Origin: Patescibacteria group bacterium
GTDB lineage: Bacteria > Patescibacteriota > Dojkabacteria > J137
Reading direction: 5' to 3'
Assembly: GCA_963169855.1 (NCBI GenBank)
Contig: CAUJCN010000002.1
Coordinates: forward strand, 645,608 to 709,607
Length of the DNA: 64,000 nt
Shown here: one piece after another, positions 60,894-64,000 of the stretch
Numbering within the stretch: position 1 is the stretch's first letter
Layout of the letters: the number at the start of each line of letters is the position of its first letter
The notes under the pieces: model-generated
The model's input: only the letters and a program-made list of their open reading frames with translations
Databases searched by the model: none
What the model was told of the DNA's origin: nothing
Translations under genes and position numbers: made by a program

Positions 60894-63353
60894 ATGCAAT
60901 CAGATATAATAGGAACTATTCTCATAGCGGCACTAATATTAGTACTAGTGATAGTGCTGATTTTCAGTATCTATTCATGGCTTCTTGATGAACTAAAAGA
61001 AAGAGTATTGATGGATAAATCTTTGAATCTTGTTTTCTACGAAATCAAATTAACCAAAAACAACGATGTAGAAATTAAGGCTATGGAACAATTGTTCTCT
61101 GGTTTAACAGGTTTTGCAGAAGATCTGAAAGGAGTAAAGCAATTCATTGGAGCTAGAACTTTTGTCAGTTTCGAACTAGTCGCTTATTATCAAAGTATTA
61201 GATTCTATGTTGTTTGCCCAAAAAAGATTTCCAGTGTTGTAGATAGATTGATTAACGGAACTTACCCAAGTGCAGAAATTCTAAAAGTTAAAGAATACAA
61301 TTTATTCCCAGATAGTGGTCATGTTTCTTACGGAATTCTAGAGCACGATAAAGATTGGAAAATCCCAATTCAAACTTATGAAGAATTACCTGTTGATAGT
61401 TTAGCTACGCTTACAGATGTAATGAGTAAACTAGGTCCAGGTGAATCCGCATGTTTCCAATTAGTTATCGCACCAGCTGGAGGAGGGTGGATTAATAAAT
61501 CTAAGGAGTACGCAAAAAAGATTAGAGAAGATGCACAACCAAAAGAAGCTAAGGAGGGAGAAAAAGCTCCTAAGCCACCAAAGCAGAAAGTTCCAGACGA
61601 AACTCTTCAGTTGATCGAAAGAAAAGCAGAAAAGAACGGATTCTTTTCAGATTTAAGAATTGTAGTTTGTTCTCCAGACAAATTTTCTAGTGAAAACCAC
61701 ATGACTAATATCGTTAGTACATTCGACCAATTCTCTAAGATTGGAGGAAACAAACTAAAAAAAGTAAAGATGAAAAAAGCTGCAGATAGAGCTAAGTACA
61801 AGAATATTGCTAGAGATGTAATCTACAGAATTCCAAGAAGCAAAGCAGTTTTAAATGCAGCAGAACTAGCTACTCTTTATCACTTGCCTAACAAGAATAT
61901 TCAAGCTCCGCATATCAAATGGATGATTTCTAAGAAACTTCCAGCACCAGACTTTACAGTTAATACATGGGAAAAAGATTACATGTATATTGGAAAGAAT
62001 ACTTTCCGAGGTTCAGAAAAAGAAATCTTCTTAAAACCAGATGCAAGACTAAGACACTTCTATATCATCGGACAAACTGGATCTGGTAAATCTGGATTTA
62101 TGTTGAGTATGATGGTTCGAGACATCAAGATGGGACATGGGTGTGCGTATATCGATCCACACGGTTCAGATGCAGATAAAGTTCTTCAACAGATTCCACC
62201 AGAGAGAATAGAGGACGTGATTATTTTCGACCCTTCAGATATAGAAAGACCTTTAGGATTAAACATGTTGGAATTTAAAACTCCTGCTCAAAAGACTTTG
62301 GTTACAAACGAAATGTTGAACATCTTCGATAGTTTATACAACTTGAAAGTAACTGGAGGACCTATGTTCGAACAGTACTTCAGATATGGAATTATGCTTT
62401 TAACAGAAGATATCGAATCAGGATCAACTTTATTAGAAATTCCTAAGCTCTTCGCAGACGAAGGTTATAGAAACTACAAACTTTCGAAATGTAAAGATCA
62501 GGAAGTTATCGATTTCTGGAGAAAGCAAGCGGAAGCAGCAGGAGGAGAAGCATCGCTAAAAAACATCGTTCCTTATGTTGTTTCTAAACTTGCACCATTC
62601 TTAACAAACGCTTATCTTAGACCAATTGTTGCTCAGCAGAACTCTACAATCGATTTTAGAGATATTATGGATAACAAAAAAATCCTGATCGCAAAGTTAT
62701 CTAAAGGTAGAATCGGAGAATTAAACGCAAACTTATTAGGAATGATCTTAATCGGTAAATTGTTAGTAGGCGCGTTAGAAAGAGACGATATTCCAGAAGC
62801 AGACAGAATTCCTTTCTACTTATACATCGACGAGTTCCAAAACTTCTTAACAGATGGAATTCAAATCATTCTTTCTGAAGCTAGAAAATACAAGTTATCT
62901 TTGACTATTGCTCACCAGTTCTTAGGACAGTTAACAAGACAAGGAGGAGACACAAAGATTAAAGATGCTGTATTCGGTAACGTTGGTAACAAAGCAATCT
63001 TCAGAGTTGGAGAAGAAGATTCACCATTCTTAAGAAAAGTATTAGACGGAGATTTAGAAGAGTCTGATTTACAACAGGCGGAAAACCTTACAGCATTTAC
63101 AAAAATCCAGGTTGATGGAAAACCTACCCCAGCATTCACGCTTAGAGCGGTTTACGGCGAGTCTCCATACGATATGATGACAGAACCTAACCCACAGCTT
63201 GCGGACTTAATTAGACAGATCTCAAGGCTAAAATATGGCAAAGATATTAGCCTTATAGAGAATGAAGTTAAGTTAAGAGGAAGCTTTATTAAAGAGAAGA
63301 CCGAGGAAGCTAAGAAACCAGGCGGAATGTTTGGTGGATTCCCTGGGTTTTAA
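60894..63353 (+). CDS. VirD4/TraG/TrwB-like (HerA-FtsK superfamily) ATPase with N-terminal TM and long N-domain
   Basis: RHFYIIGQTGSGKS, IDPHG, LYIDEFQN, SEARKYKL...AHQ. Confidence 0.9.
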   Translation: MQSDIIGTILIAALILVLVIVLIFSIYSWLLDELKERVLMDKSLNLVFYEIKLTKNNDVEIKAMEQLFSGLTGFAEDLKGVKQFIGARTFVSFELVAYYQSIRFYVVCPKKISSVVDRLINGTYPSAEILKVKEYNLFPDSGHVSYGILEHDKDWKIPIQTYEELPVDSLATLTDVMSKLGPGESACFQLVIAPAGGGWINKSKEYAKKIREDAQPKEAKEGEKAPKPPKQKVPDETLQLIERKAEKNGFFSDLRIVVCSPDKFSSENHMTNIVSTFDQFSKIGGNKLKKVKMKKAADRAKYKNIARDVIYRIPRSKAVLNAAELATLYHLPNKNIQAPHIKWMISKKLPAPDFTVNTWEKDYMYIGKNTFRGSEKEIFLKPDARLRHFYIIGQTGSGKSGFMLSMMVRDIKMGHGCAYIDPHGSDADKVLQQIPPERIEDVIIFDPSDIERPLGLNMLEFKTPAQKTLVTNEMLNIFDSLYNLKVTGGPMFEQYFRYGIMLLTEDIESGSTLLEIPKLFADEGYRNYKLSKCKDQEVIDFWRKQAEAAGGEASLKNIVPYVVSKLAPFLTNAYLRPIVAQQNSTIDFRDIMDNKKILIAKLSKGRIGELNANLLGMILIGKLLVGALERDDIPEADRIPFYLYIDEFQNFLTDGIQIILSEARKYKLSLTIAHQFLGQLTRQGGDTKIKDAVFGNVGNKAIFRVGEEDSPFLRKVLDGDLEESDLQQAENLTAFTKIQVDGKPTPAFTLRAVYGESPYDMMTEPNPQLADLIRQISRLKYGKDISLIENEVKLRGSFIKEKTEEAKKPGGMFGGFPGF

Positions 63354-63551
63354 AATAAATTTCAAATACCAAAAACCAAATTTCAAAATCACACTTCCTA
63401 ATATCCAATTCACTACGCATTTGATATAATTTCGGGACTAAGGTTTTTAGATCCACAGTTCTTTAAAAAAGTGAGATTTTAAATAATAGACCCTAGGCTC
63501 ATATAATGAGCAGTTCTTTCCTTGCTGAGGAATGAATCACGTAAGTATAGT

Positions 63552-63625
63552 AGGCCTTTAGCTCAGGTGGTTAGAGCACAGTTCTTATAAAGCTGGGGTC
63601 CGCAGTTCGAGTCTGCGAAGGCCTA
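63552..63625 (+). tRNA. tRNA-Ile (TAT), CCA not encoded
   Basis: Acceptor AGGCCTT/AAGGCCT, discriminator A, D-arm GCTC/GAGC, anticodon arm CAGTT-CT-TAT-AA-AGCTG, T-arm CGCAG-TTCGAGT-CTGCG. Confidence 0.93.
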
Positions 63626-63650
63626 CTATACTTATTCTTGATTCCGAAGT

Positions 63651-63726
63651 TAAAGCTATGGTCCGGAGTTCAAGTCTGCGAAGGCCTATTATTTGAGTTT
63701 AACTCTTTTCTTTTTAAAGCTGGGGT
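63651..63726 (+). repeat. decayed tandem copies of the tRNA-Ile 3' half
   Basis: 63651..63692 matches 63588..63629 at 37/42; TAAAGCTGGGGT recurs at 63715. Confidence 0.85.
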
Positions 63727-63819
63727 TCAGTACTTATCACGCTCATCTGTGAGCAGTAATTCCTGAAATTCAAGATTTGATACTTCAAATTTCAGATTTT
63801 GAATTTCGAACGAAGTGAG

Positions 63820-63999
63820 TTAGATTTCTTTCAAGCCTCTAAATTCTTTTTCTTTATACTTCTTGCTCAATAGCTCGATGTATCTTTCTGTTGTAGCTAA
63901 AGATTTGTGACCAATGATTGCAGATAATTCTTTTACAGGAACACCGTTAGATAATTGAAACACCAAGAACGCATTTCTAAAATCGTTGACACTAGCTCC
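63820..63999 (-). CDS. C-terminus of a tyrosine recombinase (Xer-like), partial
   Basis: Manual translation GASVNDFRNAFLVFQLSNGVPVKELSAIIGHKSLATTERYIELL...EI*; box II R, GH and nucleophile Y are present. Confidence 0.85.
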   Translation of the reverse strand, partial: GASVNDFRNAFLVFQLSNGVPVKELSAIIGHKSLATTERYIELLSKKYKEKEFRGLKEI

Positions 64000-64000
64000 T

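Noticed and set aside
49436-63353. Integrative conjugative element
   Set aside because: No relaxase, VirB4 or bounding att pair seen; the region is interleaved with smpB and has host-like composition.
63588-63726. CRISPR array (period about 63 bp)
   Set aside because: The repeats are decaying tRNA 3' halves, only three copies, and no cas genes are present.

Overview
AT-rich chromosomal window from a reduced-genome bacterium, most consistent with Patescibacteria/CPR. This assignment is an inference from the gene set: TrbC/VirB2-like pilin array, second FtsA with a baseplate-J-like partner, membrane-anchored Clp, long VirD4-like ATPase and sortase. TGA is used as a stop codon (standard code 11). 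Core genes include ftsZ, rpoD, rny, parAB, lepB, ileS, a tkt-zwf-gnd-tal cluster, fmt, umuC and umuD (13 kb apart), mltG, ruvX, comF, yidC, rplY, groES/EL and smpB. RNA genes are tRNA-Asn(GTT), tRNA-Ile(TAT) and tmRNA. Most notable observations: (1) the tmRNA tRNA-like domain has lost both halves of the elbow (T-loop replaced by a GGAA tetraloop, no D-loop GG) and encodes a 26-aa tag; (2) a rare tRNA-Ile(UAU) sits inside an extended hairpin, and IleRS has an HYGS motif; (3) six divergent conjugative-type pilins lie near a permuted SpoIID enzyme and a VirD4-like ATPase; (4) a 1583-aa secreted fibre has two S74-like autocleaving chaperone domains; (5) two NDT-fold/RHH regulators lack the catalytic Glu; (6) a compensatory CIRCE variant precedes groESL; (7) leaderless-type promoters are pervasive. 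No CRISPR array, rRNA or intact transposase was seen. All calls come from motif reading only; no searches were run.
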